From contig JAXSNR010000002.1 in NCBI GenBank assembly GCA_037925075.1, positions 640,001 to 704,000 of the forward strand: a stretch of DNA of 64,000 nt, given 5' to 3'. The notes below the pieces were generated by a model. The model saw only the letters and a program-made list of their open reading frames with translations, was not told the DNA's origin and ran no database searches. Source of the DNA: Aquificaceae bacterium (GTDB lineage Bacteria; Aquificota; Aquificia; Aquificales; Aquificaceae). This document shows, piece by piece, positions 51,683-60,898 of the stretch. Within the stretch, counting starts at the first letter, position 1. Every line of letters starts with the position of its first letter. The position numbers were made by a program, and so were the translations under genes.

Positions 51683-52456
51683 TTAAAGGTTCACAGAAAG
51701 TGCCCTTTTCCTTTTGAGAATTTTTATGTATTCCTCAAGGGCTAATCTTTCCTGCTCCTTGTAGAGGCTTTCCCTTTCTATGAGGTTTTTCCAGTCCACC
51801 TTGTGGGCGTCAAACCATGGACCGTCCACGCATGCGAGGGCATACTTGCCATCCACCAACACCCTACACACAAGACAAAGACCTACCGCATCAAGCATAT
51901 GGGTATTAACCATGCTTATGATGGAAGCCTGTGGAAAAAACTGGGTAAGCTTGTAAGAAAGCCTGTTTTCTCCTGCGGACACAAGAAGCTCTGCGTCAAA
52001 GCCCCCAATCTCCTCAGAATGCCTTATCCCCTCAAAAAGCTCCTGTGCCATATCCTTAAGATAAAAATCCTTAGAAGCTACCTGAAGAAAGACCCTGTTG
52101 CCTGCATCCTTAAGAGCTTTGGCAACATTTAAAATAGGTGCTATGCCCCAAGAGTGAGCGTAAAAGATTACTCTTCCGTATTCCTTTACCGGGAATGGTT
52201 TGCCAAGAGGTCCTGCCACATACTGGAAGCTCTCCGCTTCTTCTATTATCTCAAGGCTTGACCTTCCTACCGCCTTAACCAGACAGTAAAAGCCCTCCTC
52301 AAAGGTGCCAAGTATGGAAAGAGGTATAGGCTCAGAATTTTCTCTGTACTGAACCATCACAAACTGTCCCGGCTTTGCCTTGGATATATGCAGTGCATGA
52401 ACCTTAAGAAGACAGGCATCTTCTGATATTCTTGTTTTTTCAAGGACCTTGTGCAT
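51683..52456 (-). CDS. FNR-like FAD/[2Fe-2S] electron-transfer subunit (NfnA/SudB/PyrK family)
   Basis: KPGQFVMV, IPLSI, GPLGKPF, MLDAVGLCLVCRV, ACVDGP. Confidence 0.82.
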   Translation of the reverse strand: MHKVLEKTRISEDACLLKVHALHISKAKPGQFVMVQYRENSEPIPLSILGTFEEGFYCLVKAVGRSSLEIIEEAESFQYVAGPLGKPFPVKEYGRVIFYAHSWGIAPILNVAKALKDAGNRVFLQVASKDFYLKDMAQELFEGIRHSEEIGGFDAELLVSAGENRLSYKLTQFFPQASIISMVNTHMLDAVGLCLVCRVLVDGKYALACVDGPWFDAHKVDWKNLIERESLYKEQERLALEEYIKILKRKRALSVNL

Positions 52457-52484
52457 AGAAAAATTATCTCAGTTTCTTCTGCCC

Positions 52485-52522
52485 TTGACAAGCTTTTAAT
52501 GTATATTAGAATATCCTTATAA
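52485..52522 (+). promoter_or_regulatory. Sigma70-like promoter with an overlapping AT-rich imperfect inverted repeat
   Basis: TTGACA-16-TAGAAT; TATATTAGAA..TCCTTATAAA; GGAGG RBS downstream. Confidence 0.5.
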
Positions 52523-52541
52523 ACTTAATAGGAGGTTAGAC

Positions 52542-52748
52542 ATGACCATGGACAGAGCCTTAAGATTGACCTCTGGTGCGGTGCTTATGCTGGTCTTTCT
52601 GATTGCCATACTCCCTTCGGATATACACTGGTTCTGGAAAGCCTTTATAGTGTTTATGTCCCTTAATCAGATACAGTCCGCCTTTACGGGTTGGTGTCCT
52701 GTGGTGTCCCTCTACAGGAAGCTTGGCGTAAAGGAATGCACTTGTTAA
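52542..52748 (+). CDS. DUF2892/YgaP-like small membrane protein
   Basis: DRALRL..G, two TM helices, QSAFTGWCP motif. Confidence 0.85.
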   Translation: MTMDRALRLTSGAVLMLVFLIAILPSDIHWFWKAFIVFMSLNQIQSAFTGWCPVVSLYRKLGVKECTC

Positions 52749-53032
52749 TCGGTTTCTAACTCTATTTCACAGCCTTCTTTTTCTATAACCAGCTGGCAGG
52801 CAAGCCGGCGGTTCTCTTCGTACTCTCCAATCCTCCAAAGGGTCTCCTCTTCCTGTTCTGAAGGCTCCGCCAAGCATTCAAGACCCTTTAAAACAGTGCA
52901 AACACACACACCACACTGACCATCGGTGCATCCAAACTCCACCCCCGCCTTTTCTATTTCATGATGGTGTTCTCCAAACCTTTCACCCGCGGGTATGTCA
53001 AGGACCTTACCGTTTATCCTCACCTTAGCCAT
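52745..53032 (-). CDS. [2Fe-2S] ferredoxin
   Basis: FGCTDGQCGVC...RLACQ. Confidence 0.92.
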   Translation of the reverse strand: MAKVRINGKVLDIPAGERFGEHHHEIEKAGVEFGCTDGQCGVCVCTVLKGLECLAEPSEQEEETLWRIGEYEENRRLACQLVIEKEGCEIELETD

Positions 53033-53058
53033 AGAGGATATTTTAACCTTGAAGATAT

Positions 53059-53619
53059 CTACGGGCTTTGATTTATCTCAATGATTCTGCAAAACCTTCC
53101 AGAGAGCCTACCTATAGGCTTAAGAACACTTAAATCAAGGCTTTCCGCACCCGCAAAAACAACCCTCCCGAAAATGAGGTCGTAGCCAAAAAGCTCCTCG
53201 TGTTTTAGAAGCCTGCACTCAAGCCACGCTTTAGCCCTTGCGACCCTTGGCACTTTTACCTTGTAGGCTTTAGCCATCTCAAGACCACAAACCTCAAACT
53301 CGCTTACCTCCGGTGGAAAATCCTCCGAGCTAAGCTCCACCTCTCTTATGAATTCTTCAGAAACCATGTTTATGACAAACTCGCCTGTTTGAAGTATGTT
53401 TCTTGCGGTATCCTTCTGACTTCCCTCTTCTTTTCTACTTATGGAAAGGACCACCACGGGAGGCTCGTCGCATACCGCATTGTAAAAGCTAAAAGGTGCA
53501 AGGTTTGGGATCCCTTCAGGGCTTAGGGTAGAAACCCAAGCTATGGGTCTTGGAACTACAAGCCTTGTAAGGACCTCATAAGGGTCAAAGCCTTCGGGCT
53601 TTTCCATGTCAAAGAGCAT
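53059..53619 (-). CDS. Flavin reductase-like protein
   Basis: VVPRPIAWVST, NLAPFSFYN, KDTARNI..TGEFVIN, LEC, IGRLSG. Confidence 0.88.
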   Translation of the reverse strand: MLFDMEKPEGFDPYEVLTRLVVPRPIAWVSTLSPEGIPNLAPFSFYNAVCDEPPVVVLSISRKEEGSQKDTARNILQTGEFVINMVSEEFIREVELSSEDFPPEVSEFEVCGLEMAKAYKVKVPRVARAKAWLECRLLKHEELFGYDLIFGRVVFAGAESLDLSVLKPIGRLSGRFCRIIEINQSP

Positions 53620-53633
53620 GTATGATAGTATAA

Positions 53634-54206
53634 ATGAGGCTTTTTTCTTTGGATACCTCCTTTTCCTCTTTAAACCTTACAATTGTTGAAGATGGCAAGG
53701 TTTTGCTACACCATTGGATAGACGACGGCAAAAAGACCCTACAACACCTGCCGTATGTACTGAAGGAGCTTAAAGTAGAGTTAGAGGATATGGATGCCTT
53801 TGCGGTTTCCTTAGGCGTTGGATATCTTACATCCCTTAGGATAGGGATAACCTTTATGAAAACCGTATCATACCTAAGCGGGAAGCCTATAGTGGGCTAT
53901 GAAAACCTAAGTCTTATGTGCCAGTTTCTAAAGGAGCCAGAGCAAAAGGTGGTAGCTTTAAAGGTAAGTAATAATATCTTCTGTAGGGTGTGCAAAGGCT
54001 CACAGATAGGCGAGGTGCAACCTCTGAAAGAAAAGCCAGAGCTTCCCCTTGTTAGTCTTGCGTCCCAAGGTCTTGGAGACATACAGCTTGAATTTTTCCC
54101 CTTTTCCCTTTACGGCGGGCTTTGGGCTTACAGAAGGCTTTCTGAAGGGTATAAGGGCGATGACCCTATGCTTTTAGAACCCCTTTATCTAAAGCCTCCT
54201 GTTTGA
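53634..54206 (+). CDS. tsaB: tRNA threonylcarbamoyladenosine biosynthesis protein TsaB
   Basis: SLDTS, AVSLGVGYLTSLRIG, C-terminal EPLYLK. Confidence 0.82.
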   Translation: MRLFSLDTSFSSLNLTIVEDGKVLLHHWIDDGKKTLQHLPYVLKELKVELEDMDAFAVSLGVGYLTSLRIGITFMKTVSYLSGKPIVGYENLSLMCQFLKEPEQKVVALKVSNNIFCRVCKGSQIGEVQPLKEKPELPLVSLASQGLGDIQLEFFPFSLYGGLWAYRRLSEGYKGDDPMLLEPLYLKPPV

Positions 54207-55313
54207 AAGGGCATAGAGAATAGCACCAGCAAGTGGAAAGATAAGCATAAGAAGGGCGGAAAGCCTGTAGTTATCCCCTGTTATAAGAAGGAAAAAAGAC
54301 CAGAACATAAGCCCAAGACTTGAGGCTATACGCTCGCTAAGGGAATAGAAGGAAAACCTTACCGCCACATCACCCTTAGAAAACCTTTCAATAAGAAGAA
54401 TCCGAGATGTGGTCCAAAGATGCGACAGGCAAAGCCCTGCAAAAAGACCAAGGATGAGAAGAAGCTTCAAAGGTATAAAGTAAAGGAGGATTAAAAAGGC
54501 ACTCCAAAGGAAAAAGCCCAAAGGGAAAAGCCTTTTTGCGGAAAGCTTATCGGTGAGCCTTCCAAAAACAAGCCCACCAAGAAGACCACCAACCGCGGAA
54601 AAGCCTATGGTTCTGTATGTGTCCTCTTGCGCAAGCCCATAAACCTCCCTTAGATACACTCCCATCATGGCTATCATGGTGTGGGCAAGCTCCATAAGAA
54701 GAAGCATAGAAGAGAGGGTAAGTAAAAAGCTTCTGTCTTTTAGGATTTTGCTAAGAAAAACCTCCTGCACCTTTGGAGGCTCAGGAAGGCTAAAGAGGGA
54801 GGGCAAGGAAAGTAGAAGGAAAAGCAAGGCGGTCCATAAAAAGGCTGAAGGCAGGCTAAGGTTGGGTGCAAGGAACAGGAGAGCTACCGCAGAACCCACA
54901 TATCCCAAAGCTACACCAAAACCTGACGCAAAACCCTTAGACTCAAAGGACTTAAGAAGGGAGTTGTAAAAGACAAGAGCTTGCTGATGCACCACCGCCA
55001 AAAGCAAGTAAAGAAGAAAGTTGAGCCTTGGGCTTTCAAAGGATACAAACAGAAGAAGGCATATCGCTGGCACGGAGAGGCTAAAGAGGTTAAAAAAAGC
55101 CTTTCTTAAACCTTTTATGTCCGCTAGCCTGCCAAGTTGTAAAGCCAAAAGAAAAGAAAGAAAAAAGGCAAAACCGTAAAAAAAGGAATATCCCTTAACA
55201 TCAATATGCTTGGTTATGTAAAGGGGATAAAGGGTAGAAAAAATAAGGGCACCAAGAATTGTTTCACCCGCATCGTAAAGGGCAAAGGAAAGAAGCCTGA
55301 GCCTTTTTGCCAC
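54189..55313 (-). CDS. MFS transporter (ATG22/UMF1-like)
   Basis: ALYD N-terminus, GRLAD, FYNSLL, ASGFGVALGYVGS, about 12 TM helices. Confidence 0.82.
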   Translation of the reverse strand: MAKRLRLLSFALYDAGETILGALIFSTLYPLYITKHIDVKGYSFFYGFAFFLSFLLALQLGRLADIKGLRKAFFNLFSLSVPAICLLLFVSFESPRLNFLLYLLLAVVHQQALVFYNSLLKSFESKGFASGFGVALGYVGSAVALLFLAPNLSLPSAFLWTALLFLLLSLPSLFSLPEPPKVQEVFLSKILKDRSFLLTLSSMLLLMELAHTMIAMMGVYLREVYGLAQEDTYRTIGFSAVGGLLGGLVFGRLTDKLSAKRLFPLGFFLWSAFLILLYFIPLKLLLILGLFAGLCLSHLWTTSRILLIERFSKGDVAVRFSFYSLSERIASSLGLMFWSFFLLITGDNYRLSALLMLIFPLAGAILYALSNRRL

Positions 55314-55330
55314 AGGCTTATTTTAACAGT

Positions 55331-58300
55331 TTATTTCTTTACTTCCACCTCGCACTGATCAGAAACACCATATTCGTCCCTCTTGCATTGCTCAAGGGGG
55401 ATAACCTTTTTAAACTTTTCTGAGAACTCTTCCCAGTTTTCAAGAAGGTAGCCTGCCCAAGGGCTTTCTGTGTAGTGGTAGTGCCTTTCCACAAGGCTTC
55501 TCAACTCTTCCTTTTCCTCCACCTTTAGAGCTCTCGCTATCACATAGCCTGCGTTTATCCTAGCCTGTATTTCCTCATCCAACACGTAAGCGTAGCCCCC
55601 CGTCATACCCGCTCCAAAGTTTACACCCACTGGACCTAACACCACCACCACTCCGCCCGTCATGTACTCACAGCAGTGCATACCCGCACCCTCTATAACA
55701 GCGACCGCCCCACTGTTTCTAACCGCAAAACGTTCTCCCGCCCTACCGCTTGCGTACAGCTCTCCACCCGTTGCACCATAAAGGCATGTGTTGCCCATTA
55801 TCACATGGTTGTGTGGATCCTTTACACCCACAGGCTTTATTACAATCCTTCCCCCATACATACCCTTGCCCACATAGTCGTTGGCATCGCCTATTAGCGT
55901 CAAAGACATGCCCTTATGGTTGAAAGCTCCAAAGCTTTGACCTGCGGTGCCATAAAATACCAACTGAATAGTATCCTCTGGAAGCCCCTCATCCCTGTAT
56001 CTGATAGCAATATGATAGGCAAGTCTTGTAGGGACGCTTCTGTCCACGTTCCTTATGGCGTATTCTCCGTAAAATCCCTGACCTTTTTCTATGTAGGGAA
56101 TTACCTCTTTTTCAAGCCTTTCCGCCAACTGGCTCCTTCTTGGATTGTCGTTTCTTTCCTGCATACACCTTAACGGCTTGTCCTTTGGATAGCCTTCTTT
56201 TAGGAATTCCTCCAGCTTTACCCTCTTAGAGCCTGGTATATGGTCGTAGGTCTTAAAGCTCAAAAGGTCCCTCCTGCCTATTATTTCATCCAAGGACCTC
56301 ACACCCATTTCTGCCAGTATCTCCCTTACCTCCTGAGCTACCGCTCTAAAGTAGGCCATCACATTCTCCACCCTGCCCTTGAACTTCTCCCTGTACTTAG
56401 GGTCTTGGGTAGCCACGCCCGTGGGACATTGGTTTGTGTGACACATCCTCGCCATAACGCACCCTTCCGCTATCATGGCAGCTGTGCCAAAGCCAAACTC
56501 CTCCGCACCGAGAAGAGCCCCTATCACCACATCTTTGCCCGTTCTCATACCTCCGTCCACCCTTAGACGCACCTTGTCCCTAAGAGAGTTTTCCATAAGC
56601 ACCCTTTGAGTTTCAGAAATTCCTATCTCCCAGTAATTACCTGCATTCTTTATAGAAGAATAAGGGCTTGCACCAGTACCACCTTCCATACCGCTTATTT
56701 GAATTATGTCCGCGTAAGCCTTTGCCACACCTGCCGCCACAGTTCCCACACCTGTTTCCGCCACTAACTTTACGCATACCTTTGCCTTTGGGTTTGCCTC
56801 CTTTAGGTCATTTATGAGCTGGGCAAGGTCTTCTATGGAGTAGATATCATGATGGGGTGGTGGGGATATGAGGGTTATTCCCGGCTGTGCATGTCTTAGT
56901 CTTGCTATGTATTCATTGACCTTTTTACCGGGAAGCTGTCCTCCTTCTCCCGGCTTTGCACCTTGAGCTATCTTTATCTCAATATCCACCGCGGACGCAA
57001 GGTATGTGGGAGTCACGCCAAAGCGTCCAGACGCCACCTGTTTTATGGCAGAGTTCTTTATGGTCCAGTATCTGGCTGGATCCTCTCCACCCTCTCCAGA
57101 GTTGCTTTTCATGCCAAGTCTGTTGCAGGCTTCCGCGATTACCTCATGGGCTTCGGGAGACAGTGCACCCAAGGACATACCACCGGTGACAAACCTCTTG
57201 AGTATGCTTTCTACAGGCTCCACCTCCTCTATGGGGATAGGCTTTTCCGCCCTTTTGTAATCAAGGAGATGTCTTATAAAGGTGGGGTGCTCTTCGTTGG
57301 CAATTCTGGAAAACTCCTTGTAATCTTCGTAGTTCTTTGTTTCCAAGAACTTATGCAGTGCTCTAACCACAAAGGGAGACCAAGCATGCCACTGCCCACC
57401 CTTTCTAAACTTCATATCTCCGCCGTAATCAAGCTCTGGCTTTTCCACCTCGTAGCCCGCGTCATGCCTTGCCAGAAGACTATTTTGAATTTCAAAGACA
57501 CCATCCGCCTCAAGGGTTACAGGCGTGCCGGGGAAGTACTCCTCCACAAAATCCCTGTTTAGACAGACCGTGTCAAAGATCCTTGCACCTTGATAGGAGT
57601 TAAGGGTAGAAATGCCCATCTTGGACATAATCTTTAAAAGCCCATCTTCCAAAGCCTTTTTGTAATTGAGAACCGCTTGCTCGTAAGGCACCTTTATCTC
57701 TCCCTTCTGGCACAGGTCCGCGATAAGCTCGTACATAAGGTACGGGTAGATGGCGGAAGCACCATAACCTATAAGGCAAGCCATATGGTGCGTGTCTCTG
57801 GCTTCTCCTGTTTCCACCACTATAGAGACCTTGTTGGAAAGCCCACGTTCAGAAAGCCACTTAAAGACAGCAGAGACCGCCAAAAGACTCGGAACCGCAA
57901 GCCTGTGTTTGGAAAGGTTCTTGTCCGAAAGTACTATTATTTCCGCTCCCTCCTTTACCGCCTCCTCTACCCTCCTACAGACTATTTCCACGCCAAGCCT
58001 AAGGTCGCATATGGTAATACCCTCATACATGGCATCGTAGAGTATATCCGTGATCCTCCTCTCTCCCGCAATGTCTTGAAGCTCCACCACGCAGTAGCTC
58101 CTCTCCTTTGGATAGGTCATAGGAACCCATGCCACTTTAAATTCTTTTTGCTCCATAAGAGCCTTAAACTGGTTTGGTAGGAGTATGGGGCTTTCTATCT
58201 GAAGCCTTTTGGCATGTTCTTCTTCTTCCTTTAAAAAGTTCCTCTTGTGCCCAAGGTTCATTCTAAGGGACATGACCGCCCTTTCTCTTATGGGGTCTAT

Positions 58301-59821
58301 GGGTGGGTTTGTAACCTGTGCAAACCTTTGCTTGAAGTATCTAAAAAGTAAAACGGGCTTTTCCGAAAGGGGTGGTATGGGGGTATCATCTCCCATGGAA
58401 AAGGTGATTTCCTTCCCTTCTTCCGCCATAGGTGCCAACACGTTCTTTATCTCCTCCTGTGCGTAGCCAAAGGCGACCAACTTCCTTAGCATATCTGGGT
58501 CTTTCTTGGGCTCTGGAATGGCGTAGTCCTTTACCAAATTGTTTAGCCTCACAAGATGTTTTTTAAGCCACTCTCCATAAGGCTTTTGAGAAGAAAGCTC
58601 CTTGAGTATCTCTTCCGTTTCTTTTACCTTTCCCGTTGAAAGGTCTACCACCAAGGTATCACCTGGTCCAAGCCTACCCTTTTTAAGAACCTTCCTATCA
58701 GAGAGATCTACCATACCCACCTCAGAACCAAGCACAAGTATGCCATCTTCCGTTAGCACGTATCTGGCAGGTCTTAGACCGTTCCTGTCGAGGTGGGCTC
58801 CTATCTTCTTGCCATCGGTGAAGGCAATACTTGCGGGACCATCCCAAGGCTTCATCATAAGAGACTGAAACTCAAAAAACTCCTTTACTTCCTTGGCAAG
58901 CCAAGGCACGCCTTCCCATGCGGGGGGTATAAGCATGTTTATGGCATGCTCAGGGTTGTAGCCCACAAGCACCAAAAGCTCAAAGACCCTGTCTAGGGAT
59001 GCGGAATCGCTCTCCTCGTAAGACACTAAAGGTCTTACAAGCTTTATGTTTTCTCCCAAAAGTTCGTGCTCAAGCTCGTGCTCAATGGCCCTCATCCAGT
59101 TCCTGTTGCCAAGGATGGTATTTATCTCACCGTTATGGGCAAGATACCTAAAGGGTTGGGCAAGCTTCCAGTTGGGAAAGGTGTTGGTGGAATACCTCTG
59201 ATGGAAAAGGCAAAAGGCGGATTCAATCCTTTCATCCTTTAGCTCAGGATAGAAAACATCCAACTGGGGTGCCACCAACATGCCCTTATAGACCAAGCTC
59301 TTAGAAGAAAGGGAAGCAACATAAACCTTATCCTTTAGCTTCTTATCTGTTTCAATACGACGCCTGAGAAGGTAAAGCTCTAATTCTCTCCTTTCCTCTG
59401 GGACTTTACCCATATCTACCAAAAGGTGGTATATCTTTGGCATAACTTTGAGGGCAGACTCACCCACCGCAGATTTATCCACAGGCACCTCCCTCCAAGC
59501 TACGAAGGAAATGGAGGATCTTCTTATGTAATCTTCTATCTGAGGTCTAACATCCTCGTAGAGAAATAGGCTACCCACCGCAAGGTTGTTTATGTCAGAG
59601 ACCTCATAACCCTCTTCCGAAAGCCAGTCTGCAAAGAATTTTCTTGGAATTTCTATAAGAACGCCCGCACCGTCTCCCGTTTTGCCATCACCACCTATGG
59701 CACCCCTGTGGGTGAGGTTTTTTACCGCCTGTATGCCCCAAAGGACTATTTGATGGCTTTTTTCACCCCTTATGTTGCACACAAAACCTACACCGCAAGC
59801 ATCGTACTCCAAAAGCTCCAT
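55331..59821 (-). CDS. gltB: Glutamate synthase large subunit (probably ferredoxin-dependent; no small subunit adjacent)
   Basis: DACGVGF N-terminal nucleophile, HQRYSTNT, AHNGEIN, IKQVASGRFGV, KIAQGAKPGEGGQLPG, CVMARMCHTNQCPTG; ATG at 59821 follows GAGGTG. Confidence 0.96.
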   Translation of the reverse strand: MELLEYDACGVGFVCNIRGEKSHQIVLWGIQAVKNLTHRGAIGGDGKTGDGAGVLIEIPRKFFADWLSEEGYEVSDINNLAVGSLFLYEDVRPQIEDYIRRSSISFVAWREVPVDKSAVGESALKVMPKIYHLLVDMGKVPEERRELELYLLRRRIETDKKLKDKVYVASLSSKSLVYKGMLVAPQLDVFYPELKDERIESAFCLFHQRYSTNTFPNWKLAQPFRYLAHNGEINTILGNRNWMRAIEHELEHELLGENIKLVRPLVSYEESDSASLDRVFELLVLVGYNPEHAINMLIPPAWEGVPWLAKEVKEFFEFQSLMMKPWDGPASIAFTDGKKIGAHLDRNGLRPARYVLTEDGILVLGSEVGMVDLSDRKVLKKGRLGPGDTLVVDLSTGKVKETEEILKELSSQKPYGEWLKKHLVRLNNLVKDYAIPEPKKDPDMLRKLVAFGYAQEEIKNVLAPMAEEGKEITFSMGDDTPIPPLSEKPVLLFRYFKQRFAQVTNPPIDPIRERAVMSLRMNLGHKRNFLKEEEEHAKRLQIESPILLPNQFKALMEQKEFKVAWVPMTYPKERSYCVVELQDIAGERRITDILYDAMYEGITICDLRLGVEIVCRRVEEAVKEGAEIIVLSDKNLSKHRLAVPSLLAVSAVFKWLSERGLSNKVSIVVETGEARDTHHMACLIGYGASAIYPYLMYELIADLCQKGEIKVPYEQAVLNYKKALEDGLLKIMSKMGISTLNSYQGARIFDTVCLNRDFVEEYFPGTPVTLEADGVFEIQNSLLARHDAGYEVEKPELDYGGDMKFRKGGQWHAWSPFVVRALHKFLETKNYEDYKEFSRIANEEHPTFIRHLLDYKRAEKPIPIEEVEPVESILKRFVTGGMSLGALSPEAHEVIAEACNRLGMKSNSGEGGEDPARYWTIKNSAIKQVASGRFGVTPTYLASAVDIEIKIAQGAKPGEGGQLPGKKVNEYIARLRHAQPGITLISPPPHHDIYSIEDLAQLINDLKEANPKAKVCVKLVAETGVGTVAAGVAKAYADIIQISGMEGGTGASPYSSIKNAGNYWEIGISETQRVLMENSLRDKVRLRVDGGMRTGKDVVIGALLGAEEFGFGTAAMIAEGCVMARMCHTNQCPTGVATQDPKYREKFKGRVENVMAYFRAVAQEVREILAEMGVRSLDEIIGRRDLLSFKTYDHIPGSKRVKLEEFLKEGYPKDKPLRCMQERNDNPRRSQLAERLEKEVIPYIEKGQGFYGEYAIRNVDRSVPTRLAYHIAIRYRDEGLPEDTIQLVFYGTAGQSFGAFNHKGMSLTLIGDANDYVGKGMYGGRIVIKPVGVKDPHNHVIMGNTCLYGATGGELYASGRAGERFAVRNSGAVAVIEGAGMHCCEYMTGGVVVVLGPVGVNFGAGMTGGYAYVLDEEIQARINAGYVIARALKVEEKEELRSLVERHYHYTESPWAGYLLENWEEFSEKFKKVIPLEQCKRDEYGVSDQCEVEVKK

Positions 59822-59901
59822 CTCTTCACCTCTCAAAAGGATAAATGGGCTAATATTTTAATATAGGAACAATAGCTTTATGTGGTTTCCTTTTAAACCA
59901 G

Positions 59902-59933
59902 TTAATCTACGGTTAAGCTTTGGAACTTATCAT
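59902..59933 (+). promoter_or_regulatory. OmpR-family direct-repeat box (TTAATCTACGGTTAAGC) plus -10 TATCAT
   Basis: TTAA-N7-TTAA at 59902/59913; -10 starts 15 nt after the start of the second half-site. Confidence 0.6.
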
Positions 59934-59963
59934 ATAACCATAAAACCTAAAGGAGGTGCTGTC

Positions 59964-60251
59964 ATGAAAAAAGTGCTTGTCATAATTGCCACATTGGGAA
60001 GTCTTTCAACCTTTACCTTTGCCTATGAACCACCTAACAAGCTCTGGTGTCAACAAAACTGGGATAAGTGCAAGCAGTTTATGGAGGAAAGTCTCAAGAT
60101 AAGAGAAAGGAGCATTGCCAGAGAAAGGGATTGCCTACAAAAGGCTGGGGACTTTCCGGCTTTTAGAGGGTGCAAGGCTCAGGCAAAGGAACAAACCAAA
60201 AAGGAGATGTTTGAGTTAAGACAAAGATTTATGCAGGGTGCAGGAAGGTGA
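59964..60251 (+). CDS. Small exported helical protein with four Cys, first gene of the TCS operon
   Basis: AAGGAGGT RBS, signal peptide MKKVLVIIATLGSLSTFTFA, WCQQNWDKC...DC...GC. Confidence 0.75.
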   Translation: MKKVLVIIATLGSLSTFTFAYEPPNKLWCQQNWDKCKQFMEESLKIRERSIARERDCLQKAGDFPAFRGCKAQAKEQTKKEMFELRQRFMQGAGR

Positions 60252-60898
60252 AACTGCTCCTTGTGGAAGATGATAGGGAGCTCGCGACCGCACTAAAGGA
60301 GCTTTTGGAAGGTGAGGGCTTTAGGGTGAGGCTTGCCCTTGATGGGAAGCGGGGGCTTGACCTCGCCCTTTCTGAAGATTTTGACCTTATATTGCTGGAC
60401 TACTTCCTGCCAAGTATGAATGGGAGGGAATTTCTCAAAAGGCTTAGAGAAGAAGGCTCAAAGGTGCCAGTTATAGCCATCACCGTGGTCTCCGATGTTA
60501 AGAATAAGGTAGATTTTTTTCAGATGGGTGTGGATGACTACATTACAAAGCCCTTTCATTTTGAGGAGCTTCTTGCCCGTATAGGGGCGGTCTTAAGAAG
60601 ATATGCGGGGATTGAAAAGGCTGAGGTGGACTTGGAAACTATAAGGATAGACCTAAACAGAAAAAGGGTTTTTACCGAAAAGGGCGAGGTATCTCTGACA
60701 TCTGCGGAATATCTCTTGCTTGAGTATCTTGTACTAAACAGGGGCAGGTTTGTCTCAAGGGAGGAGCTTTTAGAAAGGGCTTTGGGAAACTATGAAGCGG
60801 AGGGCAACACGGTAGAGGTTCTCATACATCGCCTGAGAAGAAAGCTTGGCAGGGATGTAATCATGACAAAGAAGGGTCTTGGCTATAGGGTTATGTAA
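60248..60898 (+). CDS. OmpR-family response regulator (QseB/PmrA-like)
   Basis: LVEDD, LLDYFLP, DDYITKPF, NTVEVLIHRLRRKLG, GLGY. Confidence 0.92.
   Translation: MKLLLVEDDRELATALKELLEGEGFRVRLALDGKRGLDLALSEDFDLILLDYFLPSMNGREFLKRLREEGSKVPVIAITVVSDVKNKVDFFQMGVDDYITKPFHFEELLARIGAVLRRYAGIEKAEVDLETIRIDLNRKRVFTEKGEVSLTSAEYLLLEYLVLNRGRFVSREELLERALGNYEAEGNTVEVLIHRLRRKLGRDVIMTKKGLGYRVM

Noticed and set aside
49077..51686. TTTTAGCTTTTA / TTTTAGTTTTAA flanking the secreted-protein gene as possible target-site duplication or att sites
   Set aside because: Imperfect, low-complexity and with no integrase or transposase; likely chance.
55676..58996. Many plus-strand ORFs up to 199 aa opposite glutamate synthase
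   Set aside because: Antisense shadow ORFs fully inside a confident CDS.
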